IMG/VR virus record: IMGVR_UViG_3300022842_000007
Span: 28,111 to 92,110 of that record
Length of the DNA stretch: 64,000 nucleotides
Source of the DNA: a virus
Direction: 5' to 3' (one strand)
This document shows positions 28,920 to 38,314 of this stretch, one piece after another. Below the pieces are notes generated by a model. The model saw only the letters and a program-made list of their open reading frames with translations, was not told where the DNA came from and did not search any database. Position 1 is the first letter of the stretch. Every line of letters begins with the position of its first letter. A program made the position numbers and the translations under genes.

Positions 28920-30713
28920 ATGGCAAATCGATTAAAAATCACAAAAGCTACCAAAACGTTTAGTATTACTGGTATCGGCGCATCAACAGCCGCTGGCACT
29001 AATAGACAAGCGATTATCACAGTAGCCGCAGGCGGATTAAAACCTGCAACTAAAACTATGACAAATTCAGACCTTCAAGTTGGCGACAAATTCTTAGTTG
29101 CAACTACTCAAAATGGACTAACAGCAGGTACTACTTACTATGTAGGTGAAGTACTTTCTGACACAACATTCGTACCCTTTCGATTATCACCAGATGATAT
29201 GCAACCAGCAGCCGGCACAACAAGTCCACAATGGCCAGGTGGCGGATCACCTGTTACTACTGCAAGTGGCGCAATAGCAGTAGCTACTACAGTAGCAATA
29301 TCAGGTAGTGGATACCCGACGCCTAGCAACGCAACAGGCCCTCAAATGGGTGTAGTTGGTGGAGACACATCATTATTTGGTTCACAACTTACAGTGACTT
29401 CGGCCATTGCTGTAGCGGCTCCAGGCAGGTATTGGTTCGATGCCGCGTCAGCAGACGTATTCGGTGACAAAGACGCAGACTTTGCAACTAATGCAACAGT
29501 AGGCGAGCAATTGTCAAAAAGCTTTACACAAGATAATGTTCCATTTGTAGTAGGTGATCTTATTGTTGGATATTCATACATTATTAGTAACGCAGGCACT
29601 ACAGACTTTACAGGAATTGGTGCAGAAAACAACAATCATGGTACAGTCTTTGTAGCAACTGGTGTTGGCGCAGGTACAGGTACAGTACTTTATTCAGGTT
29701 CTGGTTCTCTTAACTTAGAATTAGGAACAGTGGGTTCTGTAGATGTAGTAGCAACAAACACTGCAAGTTCTTCAGCAGGCACAGGTTTAATTACATGCGC
29801 TTCGACTGCGGATTTTGATCTATTTGCTCCTATCTGGTTTACAGCAACTATCGGTGGACTAACAGCAAACACAACATACTTTGTTTTAACAATCCCAAGT
29901 GCGACTACATTCAGTGTCTCAGCAACTAGAAATGGAGCAGGATTAGCACTATCTACTACAACTGTAACAACTCCCGCTAACATAGAAAAATTAACTCTAG
30001 GCGCTGTTTCTAATCTTACAGCATACGACGAGGCTTCAATCTATGGCGCAAACGATGATGCGGATTCTTTCATTCTACGTCAAAAAGGCAAAAGAAAATA
30101 CTTAGTACAGAATTCAGCAGGTAACTCAGGAATTTGTACATTAGTTGACGGTGCTGGAGCAACATTGAATGCAAATGAAATGAGTATTTCAGGTACATAC
30201 AGAGCATCAACAGGTAATGCTGGTGGACTTGCGGGTGTTACATCCTTTGCACAATCAATCTCTGATGTTAATGGATTGCCATTCACTAATGCTGAAGGCA
30301 CTACAGTTACTGCCGCATATAACCCAGGCATGCAAGCAACATTCGTAGCGGCACCAGCGGCTATTGCTTACCCGGCAATTGTTTCGGGTACTAGATACGC
30401 AGTTATTTCAGATGGCACTACTACAGCGGCATTACTAACAGCAGTTGGTTCAACAAGTGTTGCGGCCGCGACAGGATATACAATAGGAAAGTCTTACATC
30501 ATTACAACGGCAGGCACTACAGACTTTACACTTATCGGTGCTGATGATAGTGTAGTAGGTACTATCTTTACTGCAACTGGTGTAGGCTCAGGTACAGGTT
30601 TTGCAAGTGACGCGATCTTTACAGCGACTAATGCCGGAACTGGTGCAACGACAGGTACATTCCAACAGTACTCTCAGACTGGTTCTAACAAGCCAATTAT
30701 TGCATTTGCATAA
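28920..30713 (+). CDS. Virion structural protein (fibre/decoration-like, modular)
   Basis: Thr/Ala/Gly-rich; two GLTA.TTY[YF]V modules and SYII..AGTTDFT.IGA modules; ILRQKGKRKYLV. Confidence 0.7.
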   Translation: MANRLKITKATKTFSITGIGASTAAGTNRQAIITVAAGGLKPATKTMTNSDLQVGDKFLVATTQNGLTAGTTYYVGEVLSDTTFVPFRLSPDDMQPAAGTTSPQWPGGGSPVTTASGAIAVATTVAISGSGYPTPSNATGPQMGVVGGDTSLFGSQLTVTSAIAVAAPGRYWFDAASADVFGDKDADFATNATVGEQLSKSFTQDNVPFVVGDLIVGYSYIISNAGTTDFTGIGAENNNHGTVFVATGVGAGTGTVLYSGSGSLNLELGTVGSVDVVATNTASSSAGTGLITCASTADFDLFAPIWFTATIGGLTANTTYFVLTIPSATTFSVSATRNGAGLALSTTTVTTPANIEKLTLGAVSNLTAYDEASIYGANDDADSFILRQKGKRKYLVQNSAGNSGICTLVDGAGATLNANEMSISGTYRASTGNAGGLAGVTSFAQSISDVNGLPFTNAEGTTVTAAYNPGMQATFVAAPAAIAYPAIVSGTRYAVISDGTTTAALLTAVGSTSVAAATGYTIGKSYIITTAGTTDFTLIGADDSVVGTIFTATGVGSGTGFASDAIFTATNAGTGATTGTFQQYSQTGSNKPIIAFA

Positions 30714-30739
30714 TCTAACAACTTAAAGGGAATTAGGTA

Positions 30740-31066
30740 ATGGCACAAAATAATGCACAGAGAGTAGGAGCGAATGAATCTAGCATCGCAGTCCTCCAAG
30801 TTGAATTCAGAAATTTGGATTCTAAATTTGATACATCTTTAGCTGATGTGAGAGCAGACGTTAAAGAAGTATCAGAAAAAATAGACAAGTACAGTGAAAG
30901 TACGCTTCAGATACTGAAAGAGGTTCAATTAATAAACCTTAATTCTTATACTGAGATATCGAACAAAGTAGCAGGACTTGAAAAATGGAGATGGATGATG
31001 ATGGGTGCAGGTGTTGTACTTGGTGGGCTAGGATATTCAGGTATTGAATCTTTTATGTCACCCTAA
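30740..31066 (+). CDS. Coiled-coil protein with a C-terminal membrane helix (holin/XhlA-like candidate)
   Basis: LEKWRWMMMGAGVVLGGLGY hydrophobic end. Confidence 0.5.
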   Translation: MAQNNAQRVGANESSIAVLQVEFRNLDSKFDTSLADVRADVKEVSEKIDKYSESTLQILKEVQLINLNSYTEISNKVAGLEKWRWMMMGAGVVLGGLGYSGIESFMSP

Positions 31067-31083
31067 CAAATGATATGACGTTT

Positions 31084-31113
31084 AAGAATGGGGACTTCGG
31101 TCCCCATTCTTTT
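31084..31113. terminator. Bidirectional terminator between convergent genes
   Basis: AAGAATGGGGAC-TTCG-GTCCCCATTCTT, a 12-bp stem. Confidence 0.85.
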
Positions 31114-31119
31114 GGATGT

Positions 31120-31533
31120 CTATAAGGAAGTTAATACTTTCATTTTTTCTACTACATTATCAATATTAATAGTGGAAAACAAGCCAGGATGTAATGGTTT
31201 GGGATACATGTTGTTTCCTACCCAAGCGTAACCACAATGCTCATCGTTTAAGATAGGTGTAAATTCATTCTCTATTGCACAAAAGAATGTATGATATGCA
31301 AATGTATTATTGACAAACTTTTGAATTGGTACTAATTTAAAATCATCAGACCAAATTTGAATTTCTTCGTTGCATTCTCTTTTTAACCCGATAAGCAAAG
31401 TTTCGTTCTTTTCGATCTTGCCGCCTGGAATAGACCATGTAGGATTCTTGTTCTCATTTCTAAGTAGATATAAAAATCGATGAGTAGATTTACTGTAAAA
31501 AAAGATGCCAGCGGATTGATTAACAATGATCAT
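31120..31533 (-). CDS. Nudix hydrolase
   Basis: Nudix box GGKIEKNETLLIGLKRECNEE; leaderless late promoter at 31539-31546 (-). Confidence 0.9.
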   Translation of the reverse strand: MIIVNQSAGIFFYSKSTHRFLYLLRNENKNPTWSIPGGKIEKNETLLIGLKRECNEEIQIWSDDFKLVPIQKFVNNTFAYHTFFCAIENEFTPILNDEHCGYAWVGNNMYPKPLHPGLFSTINIDNVVEKMKVLTSL

Positions 31534-31563
31534 ACAGTTATTTATTAGGTGAACAAAGGTGCC

Positions 31564-33162
31564 TTAAATAACTACGCTGTAATCACCTTCACCATAGTAA
31601 CCTTCGTAAGACTTCATCCATGCCGCCACCTTTGCTGGATGGTCAGGATCTTCTGGTGTTGCCGCCCATCTATATTGAATCTGTGTAGTTAGATTAGTTA
31701 CGTAATCGACTTGATCTTCATTTACATTTGCATCATATGAAACAAACCATTTCGAAATATCTGCGTTGAATTGTAGAATATCATTTGCTTGTGCTGTAAC
31801 AACATTATACACTGTACCGGTACCAGCTGGCTGTACATTATTCATCGTGAAGATAGTGCCGATTGTGTTTGTTGCCGCACTATACTGAGCAAAATTAGAT
31901 GTACCTACACTAGCAATCATGTATTTTGATCCAGAGACCATAGCAGTTGCAATTATTGCTTGGGGTATTTCAGATTCTCCAGTGACACTTCCTATGATTG
32001 TCCCCCAAGAGGATGAATCACTTCCTATACTGTCTACTAACAAATATCTAACTCCGATTACTGGTCCTGGCAGACCGGCATTCGGTCCAGTGATCTGTGG
32101 ATTAATAACACTGTTAACTGGTGTCAATGTGTTTGCCGGCAATGTATCTGGATCAACACTAAATATCAAGTATCTATCATCCAGCGGGTCAACTACTATT
32201 GTACCTACAATTTCATGGTCCATGTATGGATTTACTAGCCATATCTGAGAAATACCTGGACGATATGCTCCGTATACTTGTAATAGTGCAGTCCAAAAGA
32301 TACTAGTATCTGGATTGACTGGTGCATCTAATGAATCATTGGGTACTAAGGCAGTTGTTTCGTTCTGTGGCAGTAACTGCAATGAGTTGCCTATAAACAA
32401 TAACTGATAACCGTACGGTGATACTTTCTGTCTAGTTCCCATAAGCAAGTCATCGTTATCCATATCTTCAATTGTCTTGCCGTCAAAAATAGAAGCAATA
32501 ACTTTGTTAATGACACCATACTTTCTAAGTTTTGCCGATGTTGTCAACCATATGGGTATGTAAAATTTCCAGGACATCACATCGATTGGATTTCCTGTGC
32601 CTTGCGGAATACTACGAGATGAGAATGTTAACCCATCTTGATAAACGACTGACAATGAAGTCCAATCTACAAAATTATCGGTGCTTTGAATTTCTAAACT
32701 TGGATTGAATAATGTTCCTAACTGTTCAATTATTTCTAGTTTTTGCTGATAGTTAGTTGTCCAAATATCAACTTGTACTCTCAATGTATACGGTACCGGC
32801 ATTAGTTTCTCAACAGTGAATGCCTGACCCTGTGTTGTCTCGTAAGAGCCAGTAGCACTGTCAAACGATCTTTGTCTTATGTTTTGTTTCTCTACGAAAT
32901 AAGGCTCTTGTGTGCGTTTCTGATCATATTCGAGTCCATTAATAAAATATGTCATTAGTGGAGCCGAAGGCAGATTGCTTGCAGAATTATTCGCCATAAT
33001 AGTAGCAGCCTGCCTACTCGCATCACCATATTGAACTGGTACACGCCGTAAGATGAGATTACCGTTTGGATCCTTTCCGTTAGAAACATACCATTCACTA
33101 AAGATTTTTTGAAACTGTAATAAAAATCTTCTTATCTGATTATCGTAAAAATATTGTGCCAT
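31564..33162 (-). CDS. gp15: Tail sheath stabiliser/terminator (gp15-like) with C-terminal extension
   Basis: YFYDNQIRRFL, VPVQYG, PVPYTL...QIIE-like QKLEIIEQ..LFNP. Confidence 0.8.
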   Translation of the reverse strand: MAQYFYDNQIRRFLLQFQKIFSEWYVSNGKDPNGNLILRRVPVQYGDASRQAATIMANNSASNLPSAPLMTYFINGLEYDQKRTQEPYFVEKQNIRQRSFDSATGSYETTQGQAFTVEKLMPVPYTLRVQVDIWTTNYQQKLEIIEQLGTLFNPSLEIQSTDNFVDWTSLSVVYQDGLTFSSRSIPQGTGNPIDVMSWKFYIPIWLTTSAKLRKYGVINKVIASIFDGKTIEDMDNDDLLMGTRQKVSPYGYQLLFIGNSLQLLPQNETTALVPNDSLDAPVNPDTSIFWTALLQVYGAYRPGISQIWLVNPYMDHEIVGTIVVDPLDDRYLIFSVDPDTLPANTLTPVNSVINPQITGPNAGLPGPVIGVRYLLVDSIGSDSSSWGTIIGSVTGESEIPQAIIATAMVSGSKYMIASVGTSNFAQYSAATNTIGTIFTMNNVQPAGTGTVYNVVTAQANDILQFNADISKWFVSYDANVNEDQVDYVTNLTTQIQYRWAATPEDPDHPAKVAAWMKSYEGYYGEGDYSVVI

Positions 33163-34910
33163 TATGTTCCGTCACTTGGTGGATTGTCATCTGGTGCTAA
33201 GTCTAAGAGTGAAGATAGCGGTTGTGCAGATGCTATGTTCCCTTCATCATTATTTATGTAAATATTATCATCGTTATTAATAAATCCAGATTGCAATGAT
33301 TTATCGACCGAGGTATAGCCTGTTTCAGTTCTAACATTCTCGTCCACTCTTAACCAGAGTGTTCCTGACCAACGATACAATACATTCGGTGAGTAATCGA
33401 TTCGTAAGAAGTAATATCCTACTGTAGGTGATGATGGGAATGAGATTCCTGCACCAGTCGGCAAGCCATTAGGGGCAGTACCATCACCAGTTAAGTATCC
33501 TGATGTGTAACCAAATGACTTTGGCGTAGAACGAGCAATGAATTGGAATCTAGGATCACAATCTGCTCTATAGTCCATTGTGTTAGGACCATATGGCTCA
33601 GTACCTGTGAAGCCTGACTGTTCAGGATCTTGGTCTGCCGTTGCATAAGTGTTATCAGCCGTACCATATGGACCAGTAACTGGTCCAGAAATATTAACTG
33701 CTAATAATTTAGTACCTTCTAGTGCTCCTGAGCCTGTAGCAGACATCTCTGGTGCTTCAATCATTATCGATAAGCTTGCTTCTACGAATTTAGCAATCAC
33801 CTGATCTAGGTCAATATCTTGACCCTTCATTTTAGACTGCATAACTTCAAGCACTTCTTTTGGTATCTTTATGCCAGTTGATGCGTTTCTATAGTTAGCA
33901 CTTTTCATCGTCACTACTTGGCCGGTTGCTGATAATGGTGAATTGCCTGGCATCCATGCTCGAACATCAGTCGGCGGTGCCGGTTGATTCTCTTTCTGAG
34001 ACAAAACACCATTTGCTTCGTACAATCCATAAGTAGGGATAATGTAAAACTTCGAGGAGTCATATCCTGCTTTCGGTAGAATCCGATCTGCTTCTTTTAG
34101 TACAGCATCATTGATTCTAATATTTTCGTTGTAACGGCCTAATACATCTTTTAATGTATTAGATGCGTCTAGTTCCCAATATAGATCAGGGTCAGTTGCA
34201 CCAGGTTTAGTACCAGCTGGTACTTCTTGCAATGATGTGTAATTTTTATCACCGAACGTAATTACATATCCAGGTGGATAATCTGATGTTATATCCCAAT
34301 CTCCTAGGTAGTTGTCGATGTCGGTTGGTTGTTCAAGGATATTAGAGAACTCTTGGCTATCAACCATTTTCTCACATTTAATACGCCAAAGATGCGGGTA
34401 CCAATCAGACGCAAATCCTTCACTTGCGTAGTTCGAATCCGTAACTTGATAAAATCTTCTCAGTGCAGTTGGGAATGTCTCGTTAAGACCATCGTAGTCA
34501 AGCAAGTGAGGTAACTCAATGACATCACCGACCATTAATTTTCTACCAACGATGTCAATCATATTATTGTAATGAATAGTTACAAAAATAGTATCATTAC
34601 TTAAGAATAAACCGAATTGGCTCAGGTCAAAATCTAAGTTCTGTACATTATAATGACCACGTAATCTGTAAATATCTTTTGCATACTTTCTATCTCTGTT
34701 CTCTAGGAACAGTAAATCTTGTATGTTATTTGGGTTTAATGCATCATATTGTGGTTGACTGAAATCTGCTGAGGCACCTTGGTCCTCAGGACCAAGATAT
34801 TTGTGTACGAACAAGTCCGTACCGCCCACAGTCATTTGTTCAGAAATATTTCTGTCGAAAAAACGGTAGTCGTTTTGTTTTTCTTCTCTGTATAAACTGA
34901 GTCTAGGCAT
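33162..34910 (-). CDS. gp14: Neck protein gp14-like, extended (start MPRLSLY at 34910)
   Basis: LSQFGLFL, GDVIELPHL, W.PHLWRIKC; leaderless late promoter at 34916-34923 (-). Confidence 0.75.
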   Translation of the reverse strand: MPRLSLYREEKQNDYRFFDRNISEQMTVGGTDLFVHKYLGPEDQGASADFSQPQYDALNPNNIQDLLFLENRDRKYAKDIYRLRGHYNVQNLDFDLSQFGLFLSNDTIFVTIHYNNMIDIVGRKLMVGDVIELPHLLDYDGLNETFPTALRRFYQVTDSNYASEGFASDWYPHLWRIKCEKMVDSQEFSNILEQPTDIDNYLGDWDITSDYPPGYVITFGDKNYTSLQEVPAGTKPGATDPDLYWELDASNTLKDVLGRYNENIRINDAVLKEADRILPKAGYDSSKFYIIPTYGLYEANGVLSQKENQPAPPTDVRAWMPGNSPLSATGQVVTMKSANYRNASTGIKIPKEVLEVMQSKMKGQDIDLDQVIAKFVEASLSIMIEAPEMSATGSGALEGTKLLAVNISGPVTGPYGTADNTYATADQDPEQSGFTGTEPYGPNTMDYRADCDPRFQFIARSTPKSFGYTSGYLTGDGTAPNGLPTGAGISFPSSPTVGYYFLRIDYSPNVLYRWSGTLWLRVDENVRTETGYTSVDKSLQSGFINNDDNIYINNDEGNIASAQPLSSLLDLAPDDNPPSDGT

Positions 34911-34962
34911 ATATATATTTATCGTAAAGAATGCCAAGTACATATTCTGGGGAAAAAAGATA

Positions 34963-34991
34963 TTGCTTTGTAAAAAAATATAACGTATAAT
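34963..34991 (+). promoter_or_regulatory. Sigma70-type promoter TTGCTT-N17-TATAAT
   Basis: Read directly. Confidence 0.6.
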
Positions 34992-35035
34992 TCGCGAGAT
35001 ATATAAGTACGTATTAAAATTAGCAGAGGATACTA

Positions 35036-36181
35036 ATGGCAAAGAGAAAAGGAAAGCCGGTTTATTTTACCCCAGAACCGAAGTGGACAGACTATCAATC
35101 TATCACCGACCCAGATGCACAAGCAAAAGCATATCAGGATTGTCAGTACTTTATTCGTACTGAGATCGCAGATAAGAAAAAAATTACAATCATAAGAGCA
35201 TGGATAAAAGAGGAATCTGGTTGGCCTGACAAAGATATTGAGGTCATTCTTCGAAATCCAGACTGGGCATTCAGTACTCAATCTGAAGCTGTCTTCTTCA
35301 AAACAAAAGTAGGCTATCTGCCACAAGCAAATAGAGATTATGTTGAAAAGCAAAGGCCCGATTGGGTAGAGCGCGGTTTGCAAATTAAACAAGAAAAAGA
35401 AGAGAAGACCAGTGACAACCCGAATCGGCCCTCGATTCAAGACATTATGAATGACAAGTTACTTGAGGCTGGTGGGGAAATTGATGGTTTGATCGATGAA
35501 TGGTTTAAAAATAAACGTAAACTAGATGTGCCCATGATACAATCGAGTATAATGAAATTTCTTAATCTTTACAGTCCTTTAGCACAACATATACCCAAAT
35601 TAGTTTTGTTATATGAAAAAGAAAAGCTTGAGTTTATCGAAGTAATAAAAGGCAAAGACGACCAGTTAGTTGAGGGATATGAACATCTCACTAAAACAAA
35701 ATTAAAACAAAGTGTAATTCTTTATGATCACATCATAAGCACGTTAAATTCATATGCTACTCTCAAGATTCAATCTAGGACAAAACGCAAGACTAAGCCT
35801 ATCTCTCCCGAGAAGGCTGTATCTAAGTTAAAATATTTAAAAGAATTCACCACTGATCAACTGAAGCTGAAAAGCGTCAAACCAACTGCACTGCATCTAT
35901 CAAAAGAAGCATGGGTATATGATACAGGAAAACGTAAACTGCATCATTATGTAGCAGACGATTTAGGTGGAGAAATGTTTGTCAAGGGCAACACATTGCT
36001 AGGCTTTGATAAAGTAAAGAGTCAGATCAAAACTCTGCGCAAGCCTCATGAACAAATCAAAGAAGTAATGGGGAGCAAGCCAGCCGCAAGGACTTACTTC
36101 GACAAGATCAAATCTGTTGGCATTAGACCAACAGGTCGCTTCAACGACCATATCATTATCTTAAAGGCTCACCAGAGATAA
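35036..36181 (+). CDS. Hypothetical basic phage protein
   Basis: 381-aa ORF, GAGG RBS; no motif I recognise with confidence. Confidence 0.75.
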   Translation: MAKRKGKPVYFTPEPKWTDYQSITDPDAQAKAYQDCQYFIRTEIADKKKITIIRAWIKEESGWPDKDIEVILRNPDWAFSTQSEAVFFKTKVGYLPQANRDYVEKQRPDWVERGLQIKQEKEEKTSDNPNRPSIQDIMNDKLLEAGGEIDGLIDEWFKNKRKLDVPMIQSSIMKFLNLYSPLAQHIPKLVLLYEKEKLEFIEVIKGKDDQLVEGYEHLTKTKLKQSVILYDHIISTLNSYATLKIQSRTKRKTKPISPEKAVSKLKYLKEFTTDQLKLKSVKPTALHLSKEAWVYDTGKRKLHHYVADDLGGEMFVKGNTLLGFDKVKSQIKTLRKPHEQIKEVMGSKPAARTYFDKIKSVGIRPTGRFNDHIIILKAHQR

Positions 36182-36205
36182 ATACTCGTAACAGGAAATA
36201 TTTTT

Positions 36206-36991
36206 ATGGCAGCCGATAACTTAGCAGTACCAAACAACGAGAATCTTGAGCAACTTAAAGAAGACATGTTCGAAAACCTACGCATGCGTTTAGGTGACGG
36301 TATCATCGATATAGAACTTGATCCAAATCACTACGAACAAGCCTATAAATATGCTGTACTTACTTATAGACAAAGAGCAGAGAACTCGGTGCAGGAAACT
36401 TACACTTTGCTAACAGTAGAAAGAGATAGAGATACATACACGTTGCCGTCAGAGTTTATTAATGTCAGGCAAGTATTCAGAAGAACAATCGGTTTAGAGA
36501 CTGGGCCAGGCGCATCGTCATTCGATCCATTCTCAAGCGCCATCTTAAATACATACCTATTGAACTATAACCATTCAGGTGGTTTAGCAACATATGACTT
36601 CTATGCAAGCTATGTAGAACTTGCCGCAAGAATGTTCGGTGGCTTTGTAGTTTATACATTCGATTCAGTAACCAAACAAATCAGACTTGTCAGAGATTTT
36701 AAAGGCTCTGGAGAACAAATTCTTATATGGGCTGACATTTCTCGTCCAGAAACTTCGTTATTACAAGATCCAGGCATCACACCTTGGATATATGATTTCA
36801 CATTAGGAACACTCAAACTTATCATTGGTGAAGCACGTGAAAAGTTCTCGACTATTCAAGGTCCAGGTGGTGGTACTGCTCTAAACGGTGCCGCTATGAA
36901 AGCAGAAGGCAAAGCAGAGCAAGAAAGATGCCTGAAAGACCTCAGAGACTATGTTGATTACTCACAGCCACTCACTTGGGTTCAAGGCTAG
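36206..36991 (+). CDS. gp13: Neck protein gp13-like
   Basis: LRMRLG...IELD, KFSTIQGPGGGTALNG; late promoter 36177-36184. Confidence 0.85.
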   Translation: MAADNLAVPNNENLEQLKEDMFENLRMRLGDGIIDIELDPNHYEQAYKYAVLTYRQRAENSVQETYTLLTVERDRDTYTLPSEFINVRQVFRRTIGLETGPGASSFDPFSSAILNTYLLNYNHSGGLATYDFYASYVELAARMFGGFVVYTFDSVTKQIRLVRDFKGSGEQILIWADISRPETSLLQDPGITPWIYDFTLGTLKLIIGEAREKFSTIQGPGGGTALNGAAMKAEGKAEQERCLKDLRDYVDYSQPLTWVQG

Positions 36992-36999
36992 CATCTAAG

Positions 37000-37146
37000 G
37001 TGATTAACAGTATTCAATTCACAGACAATATTTGGTATATCGGAATTGAATGTGGGGATATCGCATCCATGATGCCGTTTAAAGGCCATATCGACACTAT
37101 TGATATTACAACCACTGATTTAGAAAACGTAGACCCTTGTATCTGA
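37000..37146 (+). CDS. Possible 48-aa ORF (VINSIQFTDNIWYIGIECGD...)
   Basis: Open frame GTG..TGA filling the gap after gp13; no convincing RBS. Confidence 0.25.
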   Translation: MINSIQFTDNIWYIGIECGDIASMMPFKGHIDTIDITTTDLENVDPCI

Positions 37147-37164
37147 ATGGGTAGAGTAGATTAG

Positions 37165-37204
37165 ACCCAAAACATTTGACTTTCGCTTCAATATACTCTA
37201 ATAT
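37165..37204 (+). promoter_or_regulatory. CC-N7 class promoter (TTGACT-N17-TAATAT)
   Basis: Read directly. Confidence 0.55.
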
Positions 37205-37228
37205 GACTATCTAAATAAAGGATTATCA

Positions 37229-37846
37229 ATGATAGTAGGTATTACAGGCTTGATGGGCAGTGGTAAAGATACCGCCGCTGATTATCTCATCGACGTTCAT
37301 GGTTTCACTAGACTCAGTTATGCAGGCGCCCTCAAAGATTCTATTTCCTCAATTTTTGGTTGGGACCGAGAAATGTTAGAAGGTACCACACCACGCAGTA
37401 GAGAATGGCGAGAAGAAGTCGATGTATGGTGGTCAAATAGATTACAAATGCCAGATTTAACTCCTCGTTGGGTTTTGCAGTATTGGGGAACAGAAGTAGC
37501 TAGGCGCACCTTTCACGATGATATCTGGATAGCATCTGTAGATAATAAAATGCGAGCTACAACCGACAATATTGTCATCACTGATTGTCGTTTTAAAAAT
37601 GAATTTACTTCAATCAAAAATGCTGGTGGTTTCACTATTCGAGTTGAACGAGGTGAACAACCGCTATGGCTACCATTTGCAAGAGATTATAATCTGACAA
37701 GTAACCCACAAGCATTGGCTGAGTTAACCAATTTCAATGTACATGCAAGTGAATACAGCGCCATTGGCGTAGAGTACGATTATAAGATTGATAACAATGG
37801 CACAATAGACGAGTTGCATAAAAACATAGAGCGCCGATTGTTTTAA
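37229..37846 (+). CDS. gp1: Deoxynucleoside monophosphate kinase (T4 gp1-like)
   Basis: GLMGSGKDT, TPRWVLQYWGTE, ITDCRF.NE, HASE. Confidence 0.9.
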   Translation: MIVGITGLMGSGKDTAADYLIDVHGFTRLSYAGALKDSISSIFGWDREMLEGTTPRSREWREEVDVWWSNRLQMPDLTPRWVLQYWGTEVARRTFHDDIWIASVDNKMRATTDNIVITDCRFKNEFTSIKNAGGFTIRVERGEQPLWLPFARDYNLTSNPQALAELTNFNVHASEYSAIGVEYDYKIDNNGTIDELHKNIERRLF

Positions 37847-38193
37847 TAATCTACAGTTAAATCTCCACGTATCCACAATACGTTCTTTTTCTTAACAACC
37901 TCGACGCAGTTTAAGCAGATCGTTCTTAGATTTGTAAAATCTGTGTTTTGTGGGTTACCATCTATATGAAACACTGTCATTTGGCTAGAGTATAAACCCT
38001 GAAAGCCACAAAGAAAACAAGTAGTATCTTTCTTGTATCCTGCTTTTTGCCACAAGTATACAGTCGCCCTCTTAGGATTATTCTTCCCACAGGTATCGCA
38101 TATGCTCCGATAATGTCGAGTGCCGTTCTTTATATAATTGACGGCACATACATTTTTGTTGCATTTTTTGCATATTGGTCTTGACACTGACAT
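37843..38193 (-). CDS. Zn-finger HNH-like protein
   Basis: Four CxxC pairs; FHIDGNPQN...NLRTICLNC; leaderless late promoter at 38199-38206 (-). Confidence 0.75.
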   Translation of the reverse strand: MSVSRPICKKCNKNVCAVNYIKNGTRHYRSICDTCGKNNPKRATVYLWQKAGYKKDTTCFLCGFQGLYSSQMTVFHIDGNPQNTDFTNLRTICLNCVEVVKKKNVLWIRGDLTVDY

Positions 38194-38198
38194 ATACG

Positions 38199-38259
38199 TA
38201 TTTATGAAATACCTTCGAAGGTGTCGTTATCCGCTATTTTTTTCATTCCGAGATAAATA
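38199..38259. promoter_or_regulatory. Divergent late promoters around a 12-bp palindrome
   Basis: CATAAATA (-, 38199-38206), ACCTTCGAAGGT (38211-38222), GATAAATA (+, 38252-38259). Confidence 0.65.
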
Positions 38260-38314
38260 ATAGTATGAAAAACACAGGGTGTAACCCTCACAATCATACA
38301 AAAGGACTAATATT

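Noticed and set aside
34911-35042. N-terminal extension of gp14 in the ORF track (also upstream starts at 5111, 6596, 11109, 45615, 52408)
   Set aside because: These extensions run through promoters, terminators or neighbouring genes; the downstream ATGs fit promoter/RBS spacing.
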